This document shows positions 25,531 through 34,336 of a stretch of DNA of 64,000 nucleotides, piece after piece (the first letter of the stretch is position 1; every line of letters begins with the position of its first letter). A program made the translations under genes and the position numbers. The stretch covers positions 1 through 64,000 of the forward strand of contig CAWFDF010000004.1 in NCBI GenBank assembly GCA_963814585.1. Reading direction: 5' to 3'. This DNA is from an uncultured delta proteobacterium. Its GTDB lineage: Bacteria; Myxococcota; Myxococcia; Myxococcales; Anaeromyxobacteraceae. The notes beneath the pieces are model-generated. The model was given only the letters and a program-made list of their open reading frames with translations. It ran no database searches and had not been told where the DNA came from.

Positions 25531-26631
25531 GTGAGCGGACGGGTTCTTGTCGTCGGATCGGTCAACGTCGACCTGGTCGTGCAGACCGAACGCCTGCCGC
25601 AGCCGGGGGAGACTGTGCTGGGGGGCACCTTCAGCCGCTTCCACGGCGGCAAGGGCGGCAACCAGGCGGTCGCGGCCGCCAGGCTCGGCGTCCCGGTCAT
25701 GCTGGTGGCCGCCCTGGGTGACGACGCCTTCGGATCCGAGGCCCGTGCAGCGCTGGCCCGCGAGGGTGTTGGCACTGACGTGCTGGTCACGCTGGACCAC
25801 ACCGCCACCGGGGTGGCCCTGATCCTGGTGGATGCAAAGGCCGAGAACCAGATCGCCGTGGCTCCGGGCGCGAACGCGGGCCTGACGGCCGCACACGTCC
25901 GGCAGGCGCTCGGCCGCCTCAACCCGCACGAAGGCGACGTCGTCATCGTCACCCACGAGATCTCGACCGCCGCGGCACGCGAGGCCCTGCGCATCGGGCG
26001 GCAGGGCGGCGCCTGGACGATCCTCAACCCGGCGCCCGCCGGCGGCCTCGATCGTTCGGTCATCTCCCTCGCCGATGTGGTGGTGCCGAACCGTGGCGAG
26101 CTCGCGCTGCTCGCGGGCGAGGACGCGCGCCGGTCGGGCCGAACCACGTCAGGGGCCGAGGACCCGGTCAAGGCGGCGAAGTCGCTGCTCGAGACCACCA
26201 GCGAAGGGGAGGGCGCCGGCAAGGCGATCCTCGTGTCGCTCGGCGCCAGCGGCGCGGCGCTCATCCGCCGCAGCGGACCCGTGATCGACATCAAGGCGCC
26301 CAAGGTCAAGGCGATCGACGCGACCGGCGCTGGCGACGCCCTCAACGGCGCGCTTGCGGCGGCGCTCGCAGTCGGCCTCGATCTCGAGGCCGCGGCCAGA
26401 CGCGCGGTCGTTGCTGCCAGCCTGTCCGTGACGAGGGCAGGAGCGCGGGAGGGGTACCTGACGCTCGACGAGCTGGCCACCGCCATGGGCGAGACCCCGC
26501 CGTCCCAGCTCCGCGCGGAGGCGGAGGCGGAGGCCGCGGCGGCAGCAGCGGCTCCTGCCGGTGTGTCGCCGGCGCCGGCGGTATCGGCGCCGGCAGCGGA
26601 GCAGATGCCGGACGACGCCGCGACCGGCTGA
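25531..26631 (+). CDS. rbsK: Ribokinase (PfkB family)
   Basis: VVGSVNVDL..RLPQPGETV, GGKGGNQAVAAARLG, ILNPAP, DATGAGDAL. Confidence 0.88.
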   Translation: MSGRVLVVGSVNVDLVVQTERLPQPGETVLGGTFSRFHGGKGGNQAVAAARLGVPVMLVAALGDDAFGSEARAALAREGVGTDVLVTLDHTATGVALILVDAKAENQIAVAPGANAGLTAAHVRQALGRLNPHEGDVVIVTHEISTAAAREALRIGRQGGAWTILNPAPAGGLDRSVISLADVVVPNRGELALLAGEDARRSGRTTSGAEDPVKAAKSLLETTSEGEGAGKAILVSLGASGAALIRRSGPVIDIKAPKVKAIDATGAGDALNGALAAALAVGLDLEAAARRAVVAASLSVTRAGAREGYLTLDELATAMGETPPSQLRAEAEAEAAAAAAAPAGVSPAPAVSAPAAEQMPDDAATG

Positions 26632-26644
26632 CGCGGCGGCGCTG

Positions 26645-27652
26645 CTAGCCCAGCCGCTCCTCGGCGGCCCAGATCGTCCGCGTGCGCGCCTCTGGCGTCA
26701 TGCCCAGTCGGCCGCGGTCGTCGACCCACCAGGCGGCCATGCCGCGTCCACGCGCCTCGTCGCCGATCGCGTCACGCCCACCCAGGAACAGCGCCTTGGT
26801 CCAGACCTCCGCCCACGCGGGATCGGGCATCGCCACGGTCACCGCGATGAGACCGGTCCGGGCCGGCTCGCGGGTCCGTGGGTCCACAAGGTGATGCACC
26901 GCCCGACCGTCGGGTGCGCGCCAGTTTCGGACGCGGACCGACGACGTGGCAACCGCTCCCTCGAGCAGGCCCAGGACGACGATCGGTGACGCATCGGGGC
27001 CCGGGGCTGCCGCCGGGTCCTCGATGCCGATCGGCCAGCCACCGCCGGGCGCCACCCCGGCCGCAGTGATGTCACCCCCGGCGTCGAGGAGGAGTCCGGC
27101 CCCGACCGGGAGCGTGCGGACCGCCGCCTCAGCGGCCCACCGCAGCGCGAGTCCTTTGCCGACGCCGCCCATGTCGACTGGCACAGGGGGAACATGGACG
27201 GGCCGCGTGCGCTCGGCTGGGTCCAGGGCGACCGGCCCAGCCGTGGCAGGCTCAGCGTCAAGGACTGCTCCCTGCTCCCCGATCCGCTCCAGATCGCCGA
27301 GGATGGTGGCGTCAAACCGGTTGTCCGTGATCCGCGACGCCCGGTCGATCGTCGCGAGGGCGATCCGGAGTCGCCGGCCCACCCGCACGACCCCCCCGGT
27401 ACTGGCCAGCCGGTTGAGCCGCGTGAGCTCGGAGTCGTCCCGGAACCTGGACAGTGCCCTGTCGACGGCGTCGAACTCTGCCAGGACGGCGTCCCATGCG
27501 GGCGTGGCAATCGCCTGCCGCTCCCCTTCCCCGATGACGGCCGGCAGCCGGACGGTAAGGCGCAGCGCAGATCCGAGGGCACGCGCCTCGAAGGCGACGA
27601 CCCGCTCGGGGACGCCGCCTTCACTCGGGCCCGTGGACGCCTCGCCGACGAC
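26645..27652 (-). CDS. apbE: FAD:protein FMN transferase ApbE (no canonical start; frame open from a GTC codon at 27652)
   Basis: ARALGS, LSRFRDDSELTRLN, FDATI, VDMGGVGKGLA, DAGGDI, WPIGIEDP, VATSS, HHLVDPRTREP, AEVWTKAL all in one frame. Confidence 0.88.
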   Translation of the reverse strand, partial: VVGEASTGPSEGGVPERVVAFEARALGSALRLTVRLPAVIGEGERQAIATPAWDAVLAEFDAVDRALSRFRDDSELTRLNRLASTGGVVRVGRRLRIALATIDRASRITDNRFDATILGDLERIGEQGAVLDAEPATAGPVALDPAERTRPVHVPPVPVDMGGVGKGLALRWAAEAAVRTLPVGAGLLLDAGGDITAAGVAPGGGWPIGIEDPAAAPGPDASPIVVLGLLEGAVATSSVRVRNWRAPDGRAVHHLVDPRTREPARTGLIAVTVAMPDPAWAEVWTKALFLGGRDAIGDEARGRGMAAWWVDDRGRLGMTPEARTRTIWAAEERLG

Positions 27653-27656
27653 GGTG

Positions 27657-28211
27657 TCAGCCTCCGGATGCGCGCGTGGTGGAGGTCGTACGGGGCGCCG
27701 ATCGCGATGTTCCGGCGCGCGCGCTGCCCACGGAGCCGTGCATCGAGACCGACGGCAGCTTGATGCGGGCCGGCAGCGCCGCCGCGCTTCCCTGGACGTC
27801 GGCGACGAGCAGCGTCAGCGCGTCGAGGCGGGCCTGATAGGCGGTGACGTCTCCGCCGGTCGTGCCGTAGTCCGCGGCCAGGGCGCGTGCGTCGGTGTCG
27901 GCCTTGAGGAGCGCCGCTTCGACGGCATCGTTGGCGGCCTTCGCGTCCGCGATCGCCGCGACGTACGGGGCGCGGTTGGCCATCGTCTCGGCATCCGACT
28001 GCGCCTGGAGCGTGGCGACGCCCGCGAGGGTCACCGCGTAGACCGCGGCGGACGCACCGATCAGCATTCCGGCGCGGGCCGGCGTGCTGAGGATGGCCTC
28101 CTTCGTGCGTGTGACCGGACGCGTCGGGCGGGCGACTACCTCGGGCCGGGTGACGGCGGTCGGGCGCCCGAGGGTCCGTGCGCCAGCGGCGGGGAGGGCG
28201 CGCTCAGTCAT
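27657..28211 (-). CDS. Membrane-anchored helical/coiled-coil protein, candidate flavinylation substrate
   Basis: Hydrophobic segment MLIGASAAVYAVTLAGVA, Ala-rich helix, Ser/Thr tail ending TTSTTRASGG*; overlaps the upstream gene end. Confidence 0.7.
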   Translation of the reverse strand: MTERALPAAGARTLGRPTAVTRPEVVARPTRPVTRTKEAILSTPARAGMLIGASAAVYAVTLAGVATLQAQSDAETMANRAPYVAAIADAKAANDAVEAALLKADTDARALAADYGTTGGDVTAYQARLDALTLLVADVQGSAAALPARIKLPSVSMHGSVGSARAGTSRSAPRTTSTTRASGG

Positions 28212-28719
28212 CGTCGTCCTCATGCTCCCCGCCGCCGCTGCTCTTGGCCGGCGCCGACGTGGTGCTCTTGGCGGGCTGCCGCGCCGCTGCCGCCCGGTTG
28301 AGGGCAGCCTGACGAGCCGCGGCCCTGTTGAGCGCCGCAAGCCGTGCCTCGCCCTTCTTGAGCTGCTTCTGGAGTGCCTCGAGCTTCGTCTTGGCGGTGT
28401 CGAGCTGTGCCTGGAGCACGGTCGCACTCTCCGTGTCGGTGGTCATCGAACCGTTGGCGGTGACAACCGCAGCCCTCAGCGTTGCGAGCTCGCCGGCAAC
28501 CGAGTCGACCTGCCCGGCAAGCTCGGTGGCACGGTCAACCTCTGCTGCGTAGTCCTCGTTGACGGTGGTCATGCCGACGGGTGCCTCGTCGAGCGGGGCA
28601 GAGGCAGCTCGCCACTCGGCGGCGGCTTGGACGGTCATCACGCCCACGCCCAGCACGGCGACGGTGGCGGCGAGCACGATGGCCCGCCGGGTGTAGCGGA
28701 TCACGAGATCCCTGTTCAT
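28204..28719 (-). CDS. Exported or anchored coiled-coil protein with possible Tat signal
   Basis: MNRDLVIRYTRRAIVLAATVAVLGVGVMTVQA-AAE; heptad-rich middle; tail SSGGGEHEDDDD; TGATG overlap with the upstream gene. Confidence 0.72.
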   Translation of the reverse strand: MNRDLVIRYTRRAIVLAATVAVLGVGVMTVQAAAEWRAASAPLDEAPVGMTTVNEDYAAEVDRATELAGQVDSVAGELATLRAAVVTANGSMTTDTESATVLQAQLDTAKTKLEALQKQLKKGEARLAALNRAAARQAALNRAAAARQPAKSTTSAPAKSSGGGEHEDDDD

Positions 28720-29423
28720 CACGACTCCTCCACGACGTTCGCCGGCGCGGGCCGGACGATGGTGAGGTTGGGGGGCGTTGCCGGCGCTGAGCGCCGGGGG
28801 CGGACCCTCGCGGTCCACCAGCGGTGCACGACGCCCGCGAGGATCAGCAGGCCGGTTCCGAGGTACAGCGGAGTCAGCGCGCCGCCATCCGTGCCGGCGA
28901 GCACCGCGTGCACCCAGGTGAGCAGGAATGCCACGGCGGCGAAGCGGTGCACCTTGAGCCACCACCCAGAGGGGAGGAGCCGCGTCCACTTCGCCGTGAC
29001 CGCCGTGAAGATCAGGGCGTACATGGCCACGGATCCGACAGCGACGGCCGGGGGCCGGTACCCGGAGAAGCCGGGCACGAAGGCGCCGACCCAGCCGACC
29101 CCTGCGTAGCGATCCATCGCAAGCAGGACGATGTGCAGCGCAATGAAGGCGCCCATGAACACGGTGACCATCTCGTGCCACGGGAACACCTGCTTGGTCT
29201 TGCGCCACTCGGTGGTGTTGCGCGGGTGGCTCAGCACCAGCCCGAGCCCGACCTCGAGCGCCAGGAGAAGGTAGGCCGTCACGCCCAGCGCGCGCGCTGC
29301 GACCCACGGCCGCACATCAGCTGTTCGCGGATCAGAGGCGGGAAGCACCTGGTCGGTCACGCCGAGCGCGATGAGCGCCACGACGGCACCGATGGCGACC
29401 AGGGTTGCGGCACCGACGCGCAT
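28719..29423 (-). CDS. Ferric reductase-like (MsrQ-like) transmembrane heme protein
   Basis: WVAARALGVTAYLLL..GL, four spaced His (WHEM, ALHIV, KVHRF, WVHAVLAGTD); about 6 TM. Confidence 0.82.
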   Translation of the reverse strand: MRVGAATLVAIGAVVALIALGVTDQVLPASDPRTADVRPWVAARALGVTAYLLLALEVGLGLVLSHPRNTTEWRKTKQVFPWHEMVTVFMGAFIALHIVLLAMDRYAGVGWVGAFVPGFSGYRPPAVAVGSVAMYALIFTAVTAKWTRLLPSGWWLKVHRFAAVAFLLTWVHAVLAGTDGGALTPLYLGTGLLILAGVVHRWWTARVRPRRSAPATPPNLTIVRPAPANVVEES

Positions 29424-29639
29424 CAGCGCGCTCCCGCGGTGTGCGGCGACGGTCGGGCGAACGGACTGGGATGCAGATGATCGGCCATGGTGACTCCCCG
29501 GAATGGTGTGGCATGGCTCCGAGGCGCCACATCGACCGAAGGTTTCAGCAGCGTCGTCGCCGATGGTCACCCTGGGGGTGGTACGCGGGTCCCATGCCCG
29601 CCCCCGGGTCGATGCTTGCGGGGCCGGAACCGCTCGCCG

Positions 29640-30608
29640 TCAGGGCCTGGTGAGCGCGGCAACAACGCGGTCCACGTTTGAGCGCATCACGGCCACGTAG
29701 GTGTCCAGCGGGGCGTCGCCCAACGTGTCCGTGTACAGGTCCGAGACGACGACGGCGTCGGTCTCGCCCGCGATCGCCTGGGCGAGGTCGTCGTTGAACT
29801 GCGCCTCGGCGAAGATCGCGCGGACGCCGTCCCGGTTGACGGTGTCCACGAGCGCCGAGACCTGCGCGGCACTGGGATCCTGACCCGGCGATTCGACGAT
29901 CGTCCCGTCCATGGTGATGCCGTAGGCAGCCGCGAAGTACGGGAAGGCATCATGGAACGAGATCACCCTCCGGTCCGCCTCCGGGATGGCTGCGAGCCGG
30001 GTCCTCGTGTCCGCGTCCAGCGCGGCCAGCTCCTCGCCGTACGCCTTGGCCCCGGCGCGGTAGTCCGCTGCGTGTGCGGGGTCCGCCTGGGCGAGCGACT
30101 CCGCGATCTTGTCCGAATACAGCTTTGCGTACCCAACATTCATCCAGACATGGGGGTTCACCGCCCCGTCCGCCGCAGTTTCGCCGCCCAGGTAGGTCAC
30201 CCCTGGAAGGTTCTCGCCCAGGGCCACCATGGGCGCCGTCGTCCCGGCGTCCGTTGCCAGCGTCGCCAGCCAGTCGTCCAAGCCAAGGCCGTTGCGGACG
30301 ACGAGGTCGGCCTCGATCAGGCGGCGCACGTCGGTGGGTTTCGGATCGAAGGTGTGCACCTCGCCCCCCTTCGGGACCAGGCTGACGACGTCGACGAGAC
30401 CCCCGCCCACGCGCGCGACCATGTCCGCAAACACCGTCGTCGTGGCCACGACCTTGACCCGGCCGTCCGCGGCCCCGGTGTCGCCGCCGCAGCCCGCGAG
30501 CACGAGGGCGACGAGCAGCGCACCCAGAACGCCATGCAGGCCAGGCCGCCGGACCACGGCCGCGACGCGACGCCGATCGCTCCGGCTCCGGCCGCTCCGG
30601 TCGATCAC
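29640..30608 (-). CDS. Metal (Zn/Mn/Fe) ABC transporter substrate-binding lipoprotein, cluster A-I
   Basis: Lipobox LVLAGC; VVATTT, EVHTFDP, NGLGLD, NPHVW, FHDAFPYFA, LYTDTL. Confidence 0.92.
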   Translation of the reverse strand: MIDRSGRSRSDRRRVAAVVRRPGLHGVLGALLVALVLAGCGGDTGAADGRVKVVATTTVFADMVARVGGGLVDVVSLVPKGGEVHTFDPKPTDVRRLIEADLVVRNGLGLDDWLATLATDAGTTAPMVALGENLPGVTYLGGETAADGAVNPHVWMNVGYAKLYSDKIAESLAQADPAHAADYRAGAKAYGEELAALDADTRTRLAAIPEADRRVISFHDAFPYFAAAYGITMDGTIVESPGQDPSAAQVSALVDTVNRDGVRAIFAEAQFNDDLAQAIAGETDAVVVSDLYTDTLGDAPLDTYVAVMRSNVDRVVAALTRP

Positions 30609-31081
30609 GCGGCACCCTGCGCGGCAGCACAGGCGCCGCAGATGCCGAAGATCTCGAGGCGGTGGGCCGTCACCGTGAACCCCGACCGCGCGCCGATCCC
30701 GGCAAGCACAGCCCCCAGGCCGACATCGTCGACGTCCAGTGCGCGCCCGCAAGCGGTGCAGATGGCGTGGTGGTGGTGGACGCTGTCGCAGGCGACGTAG
30801 GCATGATCCCCAGCGGGCAGGTCCACGCGCTCCAGCAGCCCGAGGGACGAGAACAGGTCGATCGCCCGAAAGACCGTGGCTCGACCGATCCCCGGGTTGA
30901 CACGCCGAGCCTCCTCGACCAGCTCGGCGGCGGTGAAGTGGCCCTCGCGCGCTGCGATCAGGGCGGCGACCACGCGGCGCGGCTCCGTGAGACGCTCACC
31001 CGCACGTCCAAGCGCGTCCGTCACGTGGTTCCGGGCCTGCGAGGCCCTCGGGGTGGACGCCGGCTCCTGGGTCGCGATCAC
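30605..31081 (-). CDS. Fur/Zur family transcriptional regulator
   Basis: RLTEPRRVV, HFTAAEL, IGRATVFRAI, HHHHAICTACG, FGICGAC; GTGA overlaps on both sides. Confidence 0.9.
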   Translation of the reverse strand: MIATQEPASTPRASQARNHVTDALGRAGERLTEPRRVVAALIAAREGHFTAAELVEEARRVNPGIGRATVFRAIDLFSSLGLLERVDLPAGDHAYVACDSVHHHHAICTACGRALDVDDVGLGAVLAGIGARSGFTVTAHRLEIFGICGACAAAQGAA

Positions 31082-31953
31082 GGTTCGGCCTCCACGGCCG
31101 GGCCGGCCTGTCCCGCGCGCCTGCGTCCCCGACGCTGGGCCAGGACGCTTCGCGGTCCGAACACCAGCGCCAGCCCGAACATCAGCGTCTGGACCAGCAC
31201 GATGGTGGCGCCACTTGCGACGTCGAGGTAGTACGACGCGTACAGGCCGATCACGGAGCTGGAGATGCCGATGATGGCCGCGAAGACCATCAGCCGCATG
31301 AAGCGCACGGTGAGCAGCTGCGCGGTTGCGGCCGGGGTGATCAGCATCGCGACCACCAGGATGATCCCGACGGCCTGCAGGCTCACAACGATCGTGAGCG
31401 CCACGAGGACCAGGAACAGGTACTCGAGGCGGTCCACGTTGATTCCCGACGCCGCAGCACCCAGCGGGTCGAAGGTCGCGTAGAGCAGCTCCTTCCACAG
31501 GATCGCCACCGTCAGCACCACGCCCGCTCCGAGCACGAGCAGCGCGACGAGATCCATCGTCCCGATGGCCAGCACGTTGCCGAACAGGAAGCTGAACAGG
31601 TCGGCCACATACCCCTGGATCGCGCTGAACAGGAACACGCCCAGGGCGAAGGTGCCGGCGAACATCACGCCGATGGCCGTGTCCTGACGGATCCCCGCGC
31701 GCTTTGTGACCCAGCCGATGGCCAGGGCTGTCGCGACTGCTGCGATCGCGGCGCCGATGTAGAACGGGATGCCGACCATGTATGCGATGACGACGCCGGG
31801 GAAGCCGGCGTGAGCGATCGCGTCACCGAAGAAGGCGATGCCGCGCAGCACGACGTAGGTGCCGACAACGGCGCAGACCACGCCGACCATCGCGGACGCA
31901 AGCAGCGCCCGCAGGATGAGCGGCGATGAGAGGGGCTCGAGCAGCAGGTCCAT
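31078..31953 (-). CDS. Metal ABC transporter permease (ZnuB/MntB-like)
   Basis: GTYVVLRGIAFFGDAIAHA, DTAIGV, FLFGNVL, TFDP..A, VGIILVVAMLITPAATA. Confidence 0.93.
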   Translation of the reverse strand: MDLLLEPLSSPLILRALLASAMVGVVCAVVGTYVVLRGIAFFGDAIAHAGFPGVVIAYMVGIPFYIGAAIAAVATALAIGWVTKRAGIRQDTAIGVMFAGTFALGVFLFSAIQGYVADLFSFLFGNVLAIGTMDLVALLVLGAGVVLTVAILWKELLYATFDPLGAAASGINVDRLEYLFLVLVALTIVVSLQAVGIILVVAMLITPAATAQLLTVRFMRLMVFAAIIGISSSVIGLYASYYLDVASGATIVLVQTLMFGLALVFGPRSVLAQRRGRRRAGQAGPAVEAEP

Positions 31954-32876
31954 CAGTGCCCGTCCCCCTCGTGGAAGTGCCGCTCGCCCGGTGCGGCATC
32001 GTCGTGGTGGTGGGCGTCATCGAGCAGCAGCGTCCGGCCGCCAAGGACGAGGAGGTGGCCGCCGTACGCCTTCGCCAGCACCTCCTCGTCGAGCACGAGG
32101 TTGGACGGGCCGTACGCCACCACCGTCCGGTTGACCGCCAGCACCTGCTGGAAGCGCTGTGCGGCACAGGCCAGGTCGTGCGTCGTGGCGACCACGGTCT
32201 TGCCGCGTCGTGCCTGGGCCTCCAGGAGGTCCATGAGCAGTTCCTGCGTGGTCGGGTCGATGCCGGTGACGGGTTCGTCGAGAAGGAACAGGTCCGGCTC
32301 CGCGGCCAGGGCGCGGGCGAGGAACACCCGCCTGCGCTGGCCACCCGAGAGCCGCCCGATCTGCGTCCGGATGCGATCCGCCATGCCGACCTGCTCGAGG
32401 GCGTCCGCAACCGCGCGGCGATCGTCTGGTCCCGGGCGGTGCAGTCGACCGAGCCGCGGAAAGCGGCCCATCATCACGACATCCTCGACCGTCACCGGGA
32501 ACGCCCAGTCCACCAGTTCCGCCTGGGGCACGTAGGCGACACGTCGGGCTTCGCGGCCGGCCGGTCCGCCCAGGATCTGGATCCGCCCGGTCCACGGCTC
32601 CAGCAGCCCTGCCATCAGCTTGAGCAGGGTGCTCTTGCCGGCTCCGTTCGGTCCGACTACCGCCAGCAGGCTGCCGGGCTCCACCGCGATCGTCACGTGC
32701 TCGAGCGCCACCCGCTCCCCGTACCCCGCGGACACGTCGCTCAGCCAGACATCCGCGTGTGCCTGCGCGTGGGCGGCAGCCTGGGTGTGCTCATGGCCGT
32801 GGTCGTGCTCATCTCGAGCCGGCTGGCCTGCAGGGTGCGGCTGGGCGGGCGTGAGGTTGGGGCTGGATGCGTCCAT
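31953..32876 (-). CDS. Metal ABC transporter ATP-binding protein (ZnuC/MntA-like), His-rich ends
   Basis: GPNGAGKST, AYVPQ..DWAFPVTV, LSGGQRRRVFLARAL, LLDEP, TTHDL. Confidence 0.93.
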   Translation of the reverse strand: MDASSPNLTPAQPHPAGQPARDEHDHGHEHTQAAAHAQAHADVWLSDVSAGYGERVALEHVTIAVEPGSLLAVVGPNGAGKSTLLKLMAGLLEPWTGRIQILGGPAGREARRVAYVPQAELVDWAFPVTVEDVVMMGRFPRLGRLHRPGPDDRRAVADALEQVGMADRIRTQIGRLSGGQRRRVFLARALAAEPDLFLLDEPVTGIDPTTQELLMDLLEAQARRGKTVVATTHDLACAAQRFQQVLAVNRTVVAYGPSNLVLDEEVLAKAYGGHLLVLGGRTLLLDDAHHHDDAAPGERHFHEGDGH

Positions 32877-33005
32877 ATGAGACACGGTATCATATAGGTG
32901 CAACCCAGAACGCCCGCGAACGCCCTGCGGGCGCGGATGCGCAACAATGCACCGCGACCCGCACACGATCCGCGGATCCCTACTGCAACAAACCGGAGGC
33001 CTCCC

Positions 33006-33845
33006 CTGAGCGGCAAGCAGTCAACACCCCCGTCCACCCGCAAGGAGCGTCGCACTGCCGAGCGCGAGGGCCGCTTCGAGGCCGATCGCGACAGCCGTCG
33101 CAATAGCGCGGGCTCCAGCGGCAGCGGCTCCAAGTGGATCAACACGCGCACAATGTCCATCGCGGGCATTGCGATCGGTGTGCTCATCGTGGCCGTTGTT
33201 GCCGTCGGGCAGCTGGGCGACAAGGCCACTGGCCGGCTGAAGGACCCGGGGATCGCCTATCCGGCCGCGATCGTCAACGGTGACACGCTCGGTGCCGCGG
33301 ACGCCCCCGTCACCCTGGAGGTGTACGAGGACTACCAGTGCCCGGTCTGTGCGAAGTACTCGCTGGCCGTTGAGCCATCGGTGGTCAACCAGTATGTGAT
33401 CCCAGGGAAGGTCCGCATCGTCCATCACGACCTCGGCATCCTTGGCACCGGTGCCGCAGACGACGAGTCGAAGCTCACGGCCGCGGGCGCCTACTGCGCC
33501 ATCGACCAGGGCAAGTACTGGGAGTACGCGCACTGGATCTACAACAACCAGGACGGTGAGAACCAGGGTGGCTTCCGTCGTGAGCGACTGACCCAGATCG
33601 CCGTGGCCGCCGGCCTCGACGAGGGGAAGTTCACCTCCTGCCTCGACAGCGCCCCGGCAAAGCAGACGGTTGAAGCGGCGTCGACCGGAGCCCTCAGCCT
33701 GGGCATCAACCAGACGCCGACGTTCTCGATCGGCGGTCAGCTGAGCCCCGGGCTCAAGTCCGCGGCGGAGCTGGGCGCCTTGATCGAGGCCGAGCTGGCC
33801 AAGCAGGGCGGCGCCCCGGCAGGCTCGCCCAGCACCGCACCCTGA
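33006..33845 (+). CDS. DsbA/BdbD family thiol-disulfide oxidoreductase (start CTG 33006 or GTG 32898)
   Basis: N-terminal TM, GAADAPVTLEVYEDYQCPVC, DQGKYWEY, cis-Pro INQTPTF. Confidence 0.87.
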   Translation: MSGKQSTPPSTRKERRTAEREGRFEADRDSRRNSAGSSGSGSKWINTRTMSIAGIAIGVLIVAVVAVGQLGDKATGRLKDPGIAYPAAIVNGDTLGAADAPVTLEVYEDYQCPVCAKYSLAVEPSVVNQYVIPGKVRIVHHDLGILGTGAADDESKLTAAGAYCAIDQGKYWEYAHWIYNNQDGENQGGFRRERLTQIAVAAGLDEGKFTSCLDSAPAKQTVEAASTGALSLGINQTPTFSIGGQLSPGLKSAAELGALIEAELAKQGGAPAGSPSTAP

Positions 33846-33868
33846 CGTCCGACGTCACCGGGCGGACT

Positions 33869-34336
33869 GTGCGCGGTCCGCTCGGCCTGCCGCTGCTCGC
33901 CCTGGTGGTTGCCGGTGCGGCGATGTCCGGGTACCTCACGGTCGTCCGTCTGCTCGGTGAGGTGGCGGTGTGCGGCCCGTCCGGCGGCTGTGCGGCGGTG
34001 GCCGCCTCGGAGTACTCGGCGATCTTCGGGATCCCGGTCGCTGTGCTCGGGTTCGCGCTGTCGGTGGTCCTGGCCGGCTGCGCGCTCGCCTGGTGGCTGC
34101 GGTCCGAGCGACGCGCGCTGCTGGCCGCATATCTCCTGCTGCTGCTTGCGACCCTTTTCGTCGCCTACCTGACGTTCCTCGAGCTGTTCGTGATCAAGGC
34201 GATCTGCGTGTGGTGCGTCGCGTACGCCGTCACCGTCGTCCTCTCGCTCGTGACCGCGGGACTCGCGCTCCGCCGCACCGGGGCGAAGTCGGGTCCGGAT
34301 GCCGGTCCGCCGCAGGGCTACCCGCCCGCGCCGTAG
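33869..34336 (+). CDS. Vitamin K epoxide reductase (VKOR) family protein
   Basis: CGPSGGCAAVAASEYS..FGIPVA..G, ELFVIKAICVWC; directly after DsbA. Confidence 0.9.
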   Translation: MRGPLGLPLLALVVAGAAMSGYLTVVRLLGEVAVCGPSGGCAAVAASEYSAIFGIPVAVLGFALSVVLAGCALAWWLRSERRALLAAYLLLLLATLFVAYLTFLELFVIKAICVWCVAYAVTVVLSLVTAGLALRRTGAKSGPDAGPPQGYPPAP

